Positions 25,109 through 38,241 of a stretch of 64,000 bases of DNA are shown here, piece by piece. The notes under the pieces are model-generated. The model was not told the DNA's origin. It was given only the letters and a program-made list of their open reading frames with translations, and did not search any database. Position 1 is the first letter of the stretch; each line of letters starts with the position of its first letter. Source of the DNA: Fistulifera solaris (Eukaryota); assembly GCA_030295235.1 (NCBI GenBank), contig AP026138.1:620001-684000 (forward strand), read 5' to 3'. The position numbers were made by a program, and so were the translations under genes.

Positions 25109-26049
25109 CTAGACTTTCGCGGACCCTTCAAATGCGAACGTAGCCGGACCGGTCATATACACATGGCTGTCTGATTCACGCCATTCAATGAAGAGATCTC
25201 CTCCCGGCAAAGTGACTCGGCATGATTCTCCGCGAGGGATCTTGCCCGCACGAATGGCGGCCACCGTGAGGGCACAAGCACCGGTACCGCACGCCAAGGT
25301 CGGTCCAGCACCTCGCTCCCAGACTTTCATTACCAGATGGTCCGGTGCTTTCACTTGCACAAATTCGACATTCGTCTTGGCCGGAAAGACACTGGCTTTC
25401 TCCAAGGCGGGTCCGTCGTTGGCGAAATCGATATCCTTTTCTAGATCATTGACGAAAATAACGGCGTGCGGATTGCCCATACTGACACAAGAAATCTTCC
25501 ATTCTTTCCATTGCATTCGTACGTCTGCTCTACCACAGAGTCACCTTCAAAATTGGGCTCTAACGTAGTGGGGACCTTGGCCGCGGCTAAAATGGGTTCG
25601 CCCATATCGACCGTAATACTGTCTTCGTTCATGACCGGGACAATTTTTCCGGCCAACGTATGAATGTTGTACGATTTCTGCTCTTCACCGAGATCTTTAA
25701 GAAACTGTGCAAAGCATCGAATGCCATTACCACACATTTCCGGCTCACTGCCGTCGGAATTGTAAATGCGCATGGTGAAATCGTACTCGGAGCTGGGTGG
25801 CTTCAAAGCAAAGATGACTCCGTCTCCTCCGATTCCGAAATTTCGATTGCACAACTTTTCTGCCTGTTCGGGCGTCAAGGAGGGATCGTCTCGATCCCGA
25901 TTGTCAATGAGAATGAAATCATTTCCCAGACCATGGTACTTGGAGAACTGTACGGCGTTTCGTACGGTCGTTGCACGTCTGGGTGCGCGAGGCGTCGAAA
26001 AAGCCGATGCGGACATGACGCACAGCAGAGTCACGACTTTTGATAGCAT
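25109..26049 (-). CDS. dapF: Diaminopimelate epimerase, plastid-targeted (frameshift near 25510)
   Basis: KYHGLGNDF, EMCGNGIRC, VSMGNPH, NVEFV, VWERGAGPTLACGTGAC; presequence with ASA-FS. Confidence 0.96.
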
Positions 26050-26621
26050 AGTGGTATTATACAAGAGGTTGATCGATCAAACGAGCTCGCTTGCAATTCA
26101 ACTGATTCTCAGACGTATTATAAACCGTCATTACAATTACGTGATTGTTGAAAAGGTTAGGCTTTTTTGGCTTTTTTTCGTCCGCATTTTCCTGCATGCC
26201 GAATGCCGATGACGTTACGCACCATCGCAGTACAGACTGTTGCTGACGCCTAAACCGACCAGGTACAGCTGTCTCGCATATTTTTCCGAAGTCGGTAGCT
26301 CCACGTAGACGTAGTACTGAAAATTCGTCCGCACGGCGACCGGCAATTTTTACCCCGTGTTGTTATCGCTAAAAAATCATGAGACTTTGCGGGGTGCTCC
26401 GGAGGGTTCACACATCAAGTAGAATTGAGTGGTACCATTTGGACATCAAGACCTTGATATTTATTTGTACGGTATTTTTACTAGAAAGTGGTCTCCCACC
26501 ATTGGCGGAAAAATTTCCTGGTACATTTTCTACGTGCTACTATTTTTGGACGACGTCGCGAGACAGCTGTACGGTACCTACTGGTACATACAAAGCTAGC
26601 CGTATTATTTTTCTAGTACAA

Positions 26622-27083
26622 AGGACTCGAAGACATTGCCGGCTGAAATCGCAATTGCACGAAATTCCTAGATGAGAGCATCATTAGCTTTAGGTCTATT
26701 GTAAAGAGACTGTAATCAAACGCGAAAGAGACAAAAATTCGCGGTGCAGGCTGCATGTACAAATACAAAAGGATCGATGCAGTCTCGCATGAGGAAATCC
26801 AGTCGTGGACTGGTAAAACCAACTGTTTGAATGATAGTAAAAACATGGTTGTCAGGACTCGAAGCCATTGCCAGTTGAAATCGCAATTGCGCGAATTTCC
26901 AAGGTGAGATTAAAATTAGCTTTAGATCTATTATTGTAATGAGACTGTAATCAAACGCGAAAGAGACAAAAATTCGCGGTGCAGGCTGCATGTACAACTA
27001 CAAAAGGATCGATGCAGTCTCATGAGGAAATCCAGTCGTGGACTGGTAGAACCAACTGTTTGGATCATAGTAGAAACTTGTAC
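26622..27083. repeat. Direct tandem duplication of a 232-bp non-coding unit
   Basis: aggactcgaag at 26622 and 26854, with long near-identical blocks following each. Confidence 0.95.
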
Positions 27084-27235
27084 AGAAACGATACTGGTAG
27101 GACGCAAAGACGAATCATCATCATCACCGCAGTTTGCTGCTTGCTGCGTTGTGCCATAAACTCGACAAAATTGTAACAAAGTAACAACAACATCAATAAC
27201 TTGTTTACCTTCTTTCACTTTCGAACAAACGCATC

Positions 27236-27863
27236 ATGCCACCGGGACTGCGACCTCAAAATCTGAACGACATTTTCCAGGCAGCCGCAGCTCAAACGCG
27301 CCAGAAACTTCCCGAGTTGACATCAAACCAAAAGGTCGGTTCGTTTCGTACGTTATGTTCTATTACAATTCATACTTCTTTCTCAAAACCGCTGACTATT
27401 ACAGGTTGCGCGTCTGTATCGCCATTCTTTGAAAACACTATTGAGCTGGGCGATTGATCGAGATGTCTTCAATCACGAAGCCTCTCAATTGCGTGCCCGT
27501 TTCGATGCTCACCGCGGCGTGAACGCTGCCTCCGCAGCTCGTTTGTTGCAGGTAAGAACGACTTGTGTGAGTCTTTTCTGATAAGTTGTCCTTTAGTTGC
27601 TAACAGAATAATAACAGGAAGGACAAGACGAGTTGTTCCGCATGATGCATCCCGACATTTACAAGAATATCGACATGCCGGGTGGATCGAAATTCATGCG
27701 CAACCCTCCTCCTCCGATGGAAGTGTGTTTCCCGGACGGAAACTTGCCCAAGGATGCTCCTCGCTACACCTTCAATCCAGATTGGAGCATTAGTACACCG
27801 GAAAATGGCCGCAATGCCACGGGAACAGTTTTGGTGGATTTCTACAAGAAGAACATGGAGTAA
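27236..27863 (+). CDS. NDUFB9: Complex I subunit NDUFB9/B22 (LYR family); introns ~27334-27404 and ~27552-27617
   Basis: VARLYRHSLKTLLSWAIDRDVF..LRARFDA..HPDIY..PGGSKFMRNPPPP. Confidence 0.9.
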
Positions 27864-28083
27864 TCGCTGCTTGGCTAAGAAAAGATGTAGCTCATCTGTA
27901 CTTTGAAAACGAATGGAACGAATTAACAATAAAACCGATATTATTTGGAGTTACTTATTAGCAAATGTTGAACGGTGAAGGCACAACCAGGATAGCAACA
28001 AATCGGAATCGATATCAAAGAAACTTTCACTTATATTCTGCAATTACATACTCATTATTCAGTAACATAGTTAGACGAAGCAT

Positions 28084-29581
28084 CTAGTTTTCCTGTAGTT
28101 CGAGGTCATCTTCCAACTGCTTGGTAGACTCTTTCGCATCCGGGGTTCCAAGGTACGTAGCATCCGGTTCAAATCGAGCGAGTTTTCTGTGGACAAGCGC
28201 GATGACCCACGCCGAACAGACACCAGATGCTTCGAGGAATAAGCACAACCGAATGATCAAGTAAATAAGTGGGTTCGACAAAAGGCAACCGGAAAGGCCG
28301 ACGCGATGATGCGCCAAGCGAGTGAGCCGATGATAGTTGTGATGATAGCACCTAGCAGACCTGTGTTGAAGAAATTCTGAATGCCGGCACTGACACCGAA
28401 GATCGTCGTTTCGCCCTCGTCGACGCTGCACGGGCTACGCTGAAAGCGACGATGAACATGCAACACGTGACGCAAATCTGGCGACCGATTAAGAATGCTT
28501 GGAGATGTGATCCGGAAAAGACCAAGTCGCATACCTTGGCTGCCTGCGAATGCTTCTTGACTTCTTCTTTGGGCATGTTGATGACAGCAAAGAGAGCAAT
28601 CTGCATGCCTTCCATCATTCCAACAAACGCCATGAGAACGAACAAGAGCGTGACAGACACAGGCTCAGGGACACCACTGTACATTGTAGTCTTGCCGTCG
28701 AAAAGAGCAACCAAGGTGACTGCTAAGGAGAAGGACAAGATGGCCACAGAGAAAACAATTCGTAGCCAGAAGAAGACAGCTTGCGGGATGGTGCGTTCCG
28801 GTTGGGAATCGGTGGACTTGCCAGTGATCTTGGCGAAAATAATCTGAACCAGGTAAACCGAATGTAGTAGCCCAGACATCTCGATGAAGAGGGAAACATG
28901 CGTTGTGATGAACATGACGTAGTTGTTGATAAAGTCCAACATGCAGTCGGCGGCATTCACCTGAGCAGTCAATTGGCCTAAAATAGTAGTCATCAGAATC
29001 AAGGCGACGCCCGAGTTGATGAAGATCTCCACCATAAAGTCAGGTAAGTTGAGTACACTAGCTCCTTTCAATGCCGATCCACACATGTTGATGACGAAGA
29101 TGACGAGCACAACAAGGAATTGCCTACCGACGATAAAGCGTTCTAGGTTGTTTCCTTCGTGAGCCAATTTCGTCACCTTCAATGCTTTCGAATGCGACTG
29201 AGCATAGAGTGTCTTGTCAATAGGCTGCAGCCCCACGAGGCAACCTTGCCCTCCTTCCATGACAGCCAACCAAAGCGTAAGAACCCAAAGAAGAATGAAT
29301 GCGACAGCAGGGTTGACGTCAGCTGCCATTTTGGTCTGGTCTGTGAAGATGGTGGCGGTGACGACGATGACCGAGAAGAGCAATAGCACAAGCGAATATG
29401 AGTATTTGAACAGCGTGGCAAAGGTGTGGTGCCCATCTTTCACATTATCTTTCGCAGTGTCCTGATCGCTTGACTTGAGCTGTACCTGTGCTTCTTCGTC
29501 GCTGATATCGTCAGACGAGATCGAAGTGTTTCCTTGTTCATACGCCGGCTTGACTGGCAGAGAATCTGGAGTGTTTGACAT
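28084..29581 (-). CDS. SIT: Silicon transporter (SIT), copy 1 (3' frameshifts)
   Basis: MEGGQG, VGRQF, GQLTAQVNA..CMLDFINN, EGMQIA and IGRQI motifs; multiple hydrophobic segments. Confidence 0.95.
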
Positions 29582-30654
29582 GATAACTGATCTTCTTCGG
29601 TGGAGTTACTTGCAATTTGAAACTAAACGGCTGTTAACTTCTTTGGCCTCTCGAAACAACGGCTTTTAACCTTTTTCGCATCAAGAGAAAAATGACAGTT
29701 ATGAGGAACCGACAAAAAACCGCTGAAAGACTGAAAGTAAAATTTTAGAGAAAAACTTCAAATATAACGGTTTCATTAACGCTAAATTCCCGATAACCGT
29801 TAAAATGAGTCTTAAGTAATTCTGTTGATTCCCTATCTAAAGATGCGCGCCCAGAATCATACATTTTATGCGAGACTAGAATTTAACGTACTTAGACTTT
29901 GGACCCCTTAACAAACCAGAAACGAAACGAGGGTCATGTTTTGCATTTCCACGAAAATCGATCGCGGGCTCAAAGAGACAAGGCCCGTTTGTGACCAAGG
30001 GGCATCGAATCCATCGCTCACTGAAAAATCCTTCCATCGCCGAATATTACCAAAAATATCTTTTCATGATTGCAGTCTTGAGTGCCGAGCAACATCCGTT
30101 GAAAAGGTGTGCACGGAACTGCTCGCGCGTCATCCAGATAGCCATCATCGCGAAGACGACTCTTCGTTACATTTGATAGAAAATGATGCCCAAGAGGAAA
30201 GATATTATCGTTTAGGGCGGATGTCAGCAAAGGGTATTGTAGGCGACAGGAGCGCAATATGCACGATATCTACCGACGACGACTCATCACTGATTACGGC
30301 CCAGATCGATTGGGTGCGACGCTCTTTAGTAAGGAGACAGCTGAAGTGGGCCATTTTGCAAAAGATCACGGTGAAAGCAATTATCTTTCAAGCAATTGTG
30401 CAATGCTAAGTCATCATTGTATTGCATTACTGACCTTGGGCGCTGGTGATTAGTCGATAATGACATAGCATGTGGAGTGAAGATCGAGTTTCGATGAAAC
30501 AATTTAACCTCTATAGAGCAGAAATCAAGAATTCTAAATTCCTAATTCTTTGAAGCAAATTTTGTTTCAACTTAACTTATTTTTACTTCAAGTAGTTGTG
30601 TCAGTTGATTGATTGGTCAATCCACTGATTCACAAGGTCAAGAATCAGATAGCT

Positions 30655-32175
30655 TTAATTTTCTTGCAATTCAAGATCGTCTTCCAACGTTTTGCCGGCT
30701 CCTCTGGTCTCTGGAGGACCAAGATAACTGACATCTGGTTTATATCCAGCAACTTTTCGGTGCAATCGTGCCAGGACCCACGCGGCGGAACAGATACCAG
30801 ATGCTTCAAGAACTAAACACAGCCGAATGATTAAATAGATGAGCGGGTTGGACAAAAGGCAACCGGAAAAGCTGAAGCAATGATACGCCACGCTAGTGAT
30901 CCAATGATTGTCGTAATGACAGCACCCAGCAGCCCGGTGTCGAAGAAATTCTGAACACCCGCACTGACTCCAAAGATTGTCGTTCCGCCTTCCTCAACAC
31001 TGCACGTGGCTACACGAGCGACGATGAACATGCAACATGTCACACTGATCTGGCGACCGATCAAGAAAGCTTGAAGGTGTGATCCGGAAAAGACCAAGTC
31101 GCATACCTTGGCTGCCTGTGGATGCCTCTTCAGCTCATCTTCCGGCATGTTAATGACGGCAAAGAGAGCAATCTGCATGCCTTCCATCATACCAACGAAC
31201 GCCATCAAGACGAACAATAGTGTAACAGATACAGGCACCGGGACACCACTGTACATAGTAGTCTTGCCGTCGAAAAGAGCAACCAAAGTGACTGCTAAAG
31301 AAAAAGACAAGACGGCCACCGAGAACACAATTCTTAACCAGAAGAAGATCGTTTGCGCGAGGGTTCGTGTCGATTGACTGGAATCGCTAGATTTGCCGGT
31401 GATCTTGGCGAAAGCCATCTGAACCAAGTAGACTGAATGTAACAAACCGGACATTTCGATGAAAAGGGAAATATGCGTAGTGATCAACATGACGTAGTTG
31501 TTGATGAAGTCCAACATGCAGTCGGCGGCATTGACTTGAGCCGTCAACTGCCCCAGAATGGTCGTCATCAAAATTAAGGCGACACCCGAGTTGATAAAGA
31601 TTTCCACCATAACGTCGGGCAGGTTGAGGACGCTAGTACCTTTCAGAGCAGATCCGCACATGTTGATTCCAAAAATGACCAATACAACCAAGAACTGCCT
31701 GCCGATAATGAATCGCTCCAGATTTTCTCCCTTACGAGCCAAGTTTGTGACCTTTAATGCTTTCGGATGCGACTGCGCATAGAGCGTCTTGTCGACCGGC
31801 TGCAGTCCCACAAGACAACCCTGTCCTCCTTCCATGACGGCCAGCCAGAGCGTAAGGACCCAAATAAGAATGAAAGCAACCACCGAGTGAACGTCGGCGG
31901 CAATCTTTGTTTGATTCGTAAATGGTCGCCGTCACGACGGTGACGGAAAAGGCCAGTATCGCCAGTGAATACGCGTATTTAAAGACTGTAATATAATTGT
32001 GACATCCGACGGACGGCATCCTCTCCGCTTTCGGTTGTACCGATGCTTCCTCATCACTGGCAATCACATGATCGAAAGAAAATTGTGGAGCGCTGGCTTC
32101 GGAGGGAACCGTCGACAAAGGCGAGGAGTTGCTGCCGTATTCCGCCCCCGGTTTGATTGGTATCGATTCTATCAT
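30655..32175 (-). CDS. SIT: Silicon transporter (SIT), copy 2 (frameshifts near 31900 and 30855)
   Basis: Same GxQ and CMLD motifs as copy 1, and the same C-terminus LEDDLELQEN*. Confidence 0.95.
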
Positions 32176-33027
32176 GATGATAAGTGTTTTACTGTCGATG
32201 TGATCTATTTATATGCTATAACAGAGCATCGGGGCGTGAGAAGTTGCAACGAGATGGTATCCGAGCATTTGGATCGGCTTTTTCGAAACAAATATTTCGG
32301 ATCGAGGCGGACGCTCTCGGCGCGCTCCCTCCTGCGCTACATTACTGTTTATAGTTTTTCCCTTCGACATTGGAATATTTGAGTCTTGATGGGAAATCCG
32401 GCACTCGAAAAATGACGAGAAAACGGTTGTCGTTGTCGTTTTCTCCCTCAACGGACGATGGCAAGACCGCAGATCTCGTTTGCAGCAAACACAAGGCCGC
32501 CCTTCGCCGCCGCGGGTACTGATATCGTTATAGTCATTTTGTGAACCTGGTTTATTGTGTAAAACGACGGAAGAAACGACAGCATCAAGGCTTCTCTCGG
32601 CTCCACCATTCACGCGATGTTGTTAGACGGTCGTCTGGTCGCTGCACGTCCAATCAGAGGTACCGGTACTTTGTATACACATAGCGAATGGGTAGAAAGC
32701 GTTATTGGGTCTCGATGGTTCGTAGATGCTCGTTTCGGTCTAACTTTCACCGCCGGCTGCTTCCGTTCATTCTCCGTCAGTTGTAGAACCAGCCACTATT
32801 TTCATCCACAAGAAGCCAGTTATATCGCTTCTTTTGCATCCAGTGGACTCTTTCTTCTCGTCCATTCTATTATTGCAGGATATCTGACTGGATTGGGTAG
32901 TTATTGCAACGAACGAAACCGTAGCGAGTAGATCCAGTGTCTTACTGGTCCAACCGTCACTCGTCGTGAATTGTGTGCAATCAACAATCTTATAGAAGCA
33001 AGGGGGAATAGATTTAATTGAATTCAC

Positions 33028-35614
33028 ATGCCAGCCCCAATGCCATCGGAAAAAGATGAATACAGCGCGGCGCGGGAGCAGTTCTCCAAGGAGTCATCGT
33101 CGTCCGTTGGAGGAGAAAAGATCAGTGCCCGATTGTGGGAAGAAAGTCTCGGCATCGATGATCACAGTTCTATGCACAACAGTTTTCGCTCGCATCGCAC
33201 CGACGTGACGGGCGTGTCCGGATTAACCATGAGCAGTGCGTTTGGTAGTATCCCGCTGCAACCGGGAGAAATCCTGGAGCCGTACGAGCGGCCTCTTTCG
33301 GCACCTCCGCCGCCGGGGTTTTCCGGCGGGGCCGAAGAACGCACGCGGAAAGCGGAACAGGCGTTGCGTCCGTCCAAGCCGGATGAAGACAGTTATGGTT
33401 CTTCGAAAGATAAGAATCACGGCTTTGGAAACTTGGCGGATTATTTAGGAGCCGGTTTGGCGCAATCGATGGAGGATGCGGCGCGAGAAGTGTCCGAATC
33501 GAAAGATGACATTAATTTTCATCGACAAACGCGTCATGCCGCCAACCGGTTGGTGGGTGCAACCGACGCCAGTGCTATAAAACACACTTCCAATAGTTTG
33601 AAAGACGACTTTGTGGCCGCACCGTCGTCTTCGTCTCTGAGAGGCGATTTAGATCGCGGATTTCCGTCCCTACTTTCCACGCCGCAAAAGAAAGTCGGAC
33701 GGTAGTGCTAATAATTTTGATTCCTTATCGGGAACTACTGCTTCCCATCCGACGTTTGATCAACGCTCGCGTTTGAATGGTATTGGTACAAACGTCAGTG
33801 AGCCAGAAGAAGAAGGTCTTTTCGGTCGCGCTGTTTCGGGAGTGGTTTCGAGGAGGGTGGATTATCCGCACATTGGTGCGGATTACACGTTCGATCGTCC
33901 CATGCTTTCTTCGACCGCGAGAGAATTTCAGCCTTCCATGACAGCCGATATCCCCTTGTCGGCAAGCAACGACTCGAATCATTCGACCGATATGAGCCCG
34001 CGTCAAGCAGAAATGGAGCTGGCTTCATTTTTATGGGATCCCAGTCAGAAAGGTGCAAGCCGAACGCTGGCGATTTTGCACGTGTCTTGGCTTCGCGTTC
34101 CGGATGTTCGGTCGGCGTGTGAAACATTTGGAATCTTGGAAACATTTCGTTCCGAGTTTTCGAGTCTGGGGATCTATTTGGTCTCGTATTATGACATTCG
34201 AAGTGCTCAGTATGCATCTGCAGAACTTCAAGCTATTTTACAACGTTTAGTTGTTATGCAGCGTGGAAGTGAAGAAGTTGTTGTGAAATTTTGTATCCCT
34301 CTCAACTCTTCCAGTCAAATGACGATTCGCAGATCCTCATATCGGATCTACCGTTGGAGTACGACGAATTTGCCCTTCGATCTATTTTGTCTTCGTTCGG
34401 TTCAATCAGGTCTATTGGCTCGCAGGGTATGGGAAGTTACTTGGTTGAATTTAATAATATTCAAGACGCCAAGCAAGCTCAGCTTGAGCTTGACAGCACC
34501 CAGCCGTTTGGAGCTAACACCTTTGTCGAATTAAGTATGAGAAGTCCAGGAATCCGGAAACGAGGCCGCGAGTTGTTGAGTCTTCTCAGTCGTTGGAGAC
34601 AGATGAACACGAGACGACAACCAAGCCGCACATCTGATGCACAATCGGTTGGTTCAGGCCATAGTAATCCAGGAGATCCGTGGCGTGGTAAAGCCAACAA
34701 TCCTTTTTCCAGGGATCAACCGAAGTTGTTGGTATGGGTGCTGCTTATGGTGCGTCTAGAACTTCCAATCCACACCAAGAGGCTACTCAAGTGGTCCTGG
34801 GACCCGATGGGCGTTACACTCCTGTTGTTATGCAAAGTAATTTCTCCTCTTTCGCACCGATGGGCGCAACTGCAATAGATCCCCGTCAACAACAGATTAT
34901 TCAAGGCCCCGATGGGCAGATGTATCTTGCTCCTGTTCCTGCTCCGCAAAGTGGAAGTCATTCTTTTGGTGGACACGGAATACAGATGCAGGGATCGCGT
35001 TATCCATATCCTGCAAATGTTATCGCCCATCAAGATCGAAGACCTCCGCCGCAAAGCCGAACGCCCTACTACTCGCATGTCGTCAACGACGCGAGTTCCC
35101 TTCCGGACGGTCGCACCGTTCCGGTTACTCGAACGGGACAGATGCAGAAAGGGACACCCGGCATTTGGTGCTGGATTTAGATGCGGTTGAAGGAGGTCTA
35201 GACACTCGAACTTCTCTCATGGTGAGGAATATTCCGAACAAATATACGCAAAACATGTTGCTATCGGAATTTGCAGAGAACGGCCATGGACCCGGTGTTA
35301 TTGATTTTTTCTATCTACCGATTGATTTCAAGAATCGATGTAACAGAGGCTATGCATTCATCAACTTTATTGATTACCGAGATATTCTGGCCTTCCATAA
35401 GCAGTATTATGGAAAGCATTGGCGAACGTTCAATAGTGATAAGATTTGTGACGTTACGTACGCCCGCATTCAAGGAAAAGCGGCGATGTTGAAGCGTTTT
35501 GAAAACTCAGCTTTAATGGAGAAAGACGAGGAATACAAACCACTGGTATTTTCTAGTTCCGGACCTGACAAAGGTCAACGTCTCCCATTCCCTGATCCAT
35601 CGACAAGGGCTTGA
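33028..35614 (+). CDS. Mei2-like RNA-binding protein (several frameshifts)
   Basis: C-terminal RRM3 RTSLMVRNIPNKYTQ..DFFYLPIDFKNRCNRGYAFINF..S.KIC.VTYARIQG; degenerate RRM1/2 (YYDIRSA). Confidence 0.92.
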
Positions 35615-35927
35615 TTGTTTTTCCTCAAACCCCTAGTTTTATAAATAAGCGCATTTTTGATGGCTACCTATCATTTTCTAGTCTACGACGCTACCATGTT
35701 CTGGGGTAGACTTTCCGCAGTTCTATTTTACGAAAACAGCGCGATCGTCTTCTATCGAAGAAAGCAAGTGCGGTCCTGGTGTGCCCTGCGCTTTTCCCTA
35801 ACACCAAGTTACGCAAGCCGACGATAGAATGTATAGCGAGGATACTTTCAAAAGAAAAATAATTAAACCAGTTACTTTAGATCACTCTAAAAGCGATTGT
35901 CACTGTTACAGGAACAATACGATATGA

Positions 35928-37743
35928 TCAGCTACACGTTCTTGCGCGAATACCATTGCTTCGCATGTGCTCTTTTACAGCTTCAATCTCAACCTCTTTA
36001 CGGTGAAACATTCCTGCAGCCAATGCTGCCTGTACATTCGTCCTTTTGAAAACGTCGGTGAAATGCTCGGGTTTTCCGGCTCCACTGCTAGCAATAACAG
36101 GTATTGTTACAGCCTCTGAAACGGCCTTCATCAACGCAATATCGAATCCCTTGCACTGACCGTCCATATCAATGCAGTTCAGCATGATTTCACCAGCTCC
36201 TAAAGCTTCGGAACATCGCGCAACAGTGACTGCACAAATGTCGCGTTCCTCTCGACCACCTTTTGCAGTACACTGATACCAACAAAATCGTTCTCCATTC
36301 GGACCAAGCTGGTCGTCCTCTAACTCAACAACGACGTGCTTCTTGTCCGCGCTATCTTTTGATGCAACGTACACTCTTTTTGGGTCAATTGATACAACTA
36401 CAGCCTGCACTCCGTAAACACGCGAGATTGTTTCTAATGAGGTCTCGCCGGTTTTCTTTCCTCCAGATGCTATCAGAGCCTCAGCCGCGTCCACAGCATC
36501 ACTTCCCATGCTAACCTAAATGAAGCATATCAGTCCTGGGACGTTTCATGTCTTTCGACAACTACATGGTAGACCTACCTTATCAGCGCCAGCTCGAAAG
36601 TATCTGGAAGCCACTTCCAGTGCCGACCAAGTTTGACCAGTGGCAGGATCCGAATAACTGCGAATGCCACCACCAACTGTTAACGGTACAAAAATGTTTT
36701 TCGATGCTTCCTCGAGAACTTGTAGCATGGGCATATCTTCAATCACTCCTTGGCGAAAGCTTGTAATGTTCAAGAAAGCAATTTCATCGCCACCTTCCTG
36801 ATAGTATCGGCTCGCGAGCGCGACGGGTTTGCCCAAATTTCGAACACCACCTCTGCCCGTTACAACTCCTTCTTTGTGATTCTCTCGAACATCGTACTGA
36901 TCACCTTTGGTAACGACCAGATCTCCGTGGTCGTTGGTTCGAACATCCAACGCAACAACAACTCGTTTCGTCAGTTGCGTCGTCGCCGTTTCATCAACCT
37001 CCAGTGGTTTTGTCGAGCCGAGAGTGCCGTTTTCGACCGCCTTGTAGTATTCAATGATATGAGATGCTGCTTGAAAGTTCATCAAACAGCATCTATGGCA
37101 ACGAAAGAACTTACCTCTAAAAACGCCCGCATCACTTTCAAACCCGTCGGACCACTCTTTTCGGGATGAAACTGTGTCGCGACAATGCAACCCTTCTGTA
37201 CAGCACTAATAAATCGTTCCCCTTCGTAGATTGTCGAGCTCAACACCCATTCTTTGTTTTCGGCCGTCACCGGCGCATAGAACGAGTGAACAAAGTAGAC
37301 ATCATCGTCGTTATTGACCTTTTCGAATACCGGACTTTCTTGATGCAAAATGCGTCCATTCCAACCAATATGCGGTACTGTCATCTTTGTTTCATCAAAT
37401 TTGATGACCTTTCCTGGAATCACTCCTAGTCCAGGGATGGGAGGCTTCCGGGCTCGTGCTCATCTGACGATTCGAAGAGCGTTTGCATGCCCAAACAAAT
37501 CCCCAAAAAGGGCCGATTTTGGGCCAAATATTGTCGCAAAGGCTCATCAAACCCTTTTTCGTTCAAGACACGCATGGCGGATCCAAAGGCACCGACACCC
37601 GGAAAAATGATAGCCGTGGCTTCCAGAATCTGGGCCGGTTCGGTAATTTCATCGATTTCGAACCCAGCCGCGAAAATGGCGTTGCGAACGGAACGTACAT
37701 TCCCGGCGCCGTAGTCCAAAAGAGATACTTTAAATGAAGGCAT
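35928..37743 (-). CDS. HIS7: Bifunctional imidazole glycerol phosphate synthase HisHF (2 introns, 1 frameshift)
   Basis: [77 protein letters not shown]. Confidence 0.96.
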
Positions 37744-38241
37744 AATTTAGTTCTTTTCGTTCTTGTAAGGATGCCTGGAATGGAAAGTCAACTCTACGTT
37801 TGAAATAAGGCTGTCGCTTTGATGGATGCGAAATCGACGCGTGTGTGCGTGTCTCGTGCCGATCACCACGAGATGGGTGCCACTCGTCTGGTGCATGGTC
37901 AGGCGACGGATGACGGACGCACACAAAGATACCGTCGCATCTCGCATCAATAATTCTCCGTCTGCTACACTTCGTACTATAGTCGTGGCGAAAGGCCTGT
38001 GACTATGGAACTTTGACGGTTTGGGGCCTTCACGAGACACTTCGACGAACCTTCGCGAACAGCGCAAAACAAAACAAAAAACCATCTCGTCGCACTTTTA
38101 TTGTGACGACGATCCTAAAAACTGCACAGACCCAGCCAAAGTTCTTTTCGATTCATTCTCAGTCTCATTGATTCTTTCCGACGGCTCATTCAGTTGCTTA
38201 TTCTAACAAGGACTATTTAGATAACAATTATTCGGGATAAC

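Noticed and set aside
29936..30453. ORFs between the two SIT genes
   Set aside because: No recognisable domain in any frame; could be a decayed fragment, but I cannot support a call.
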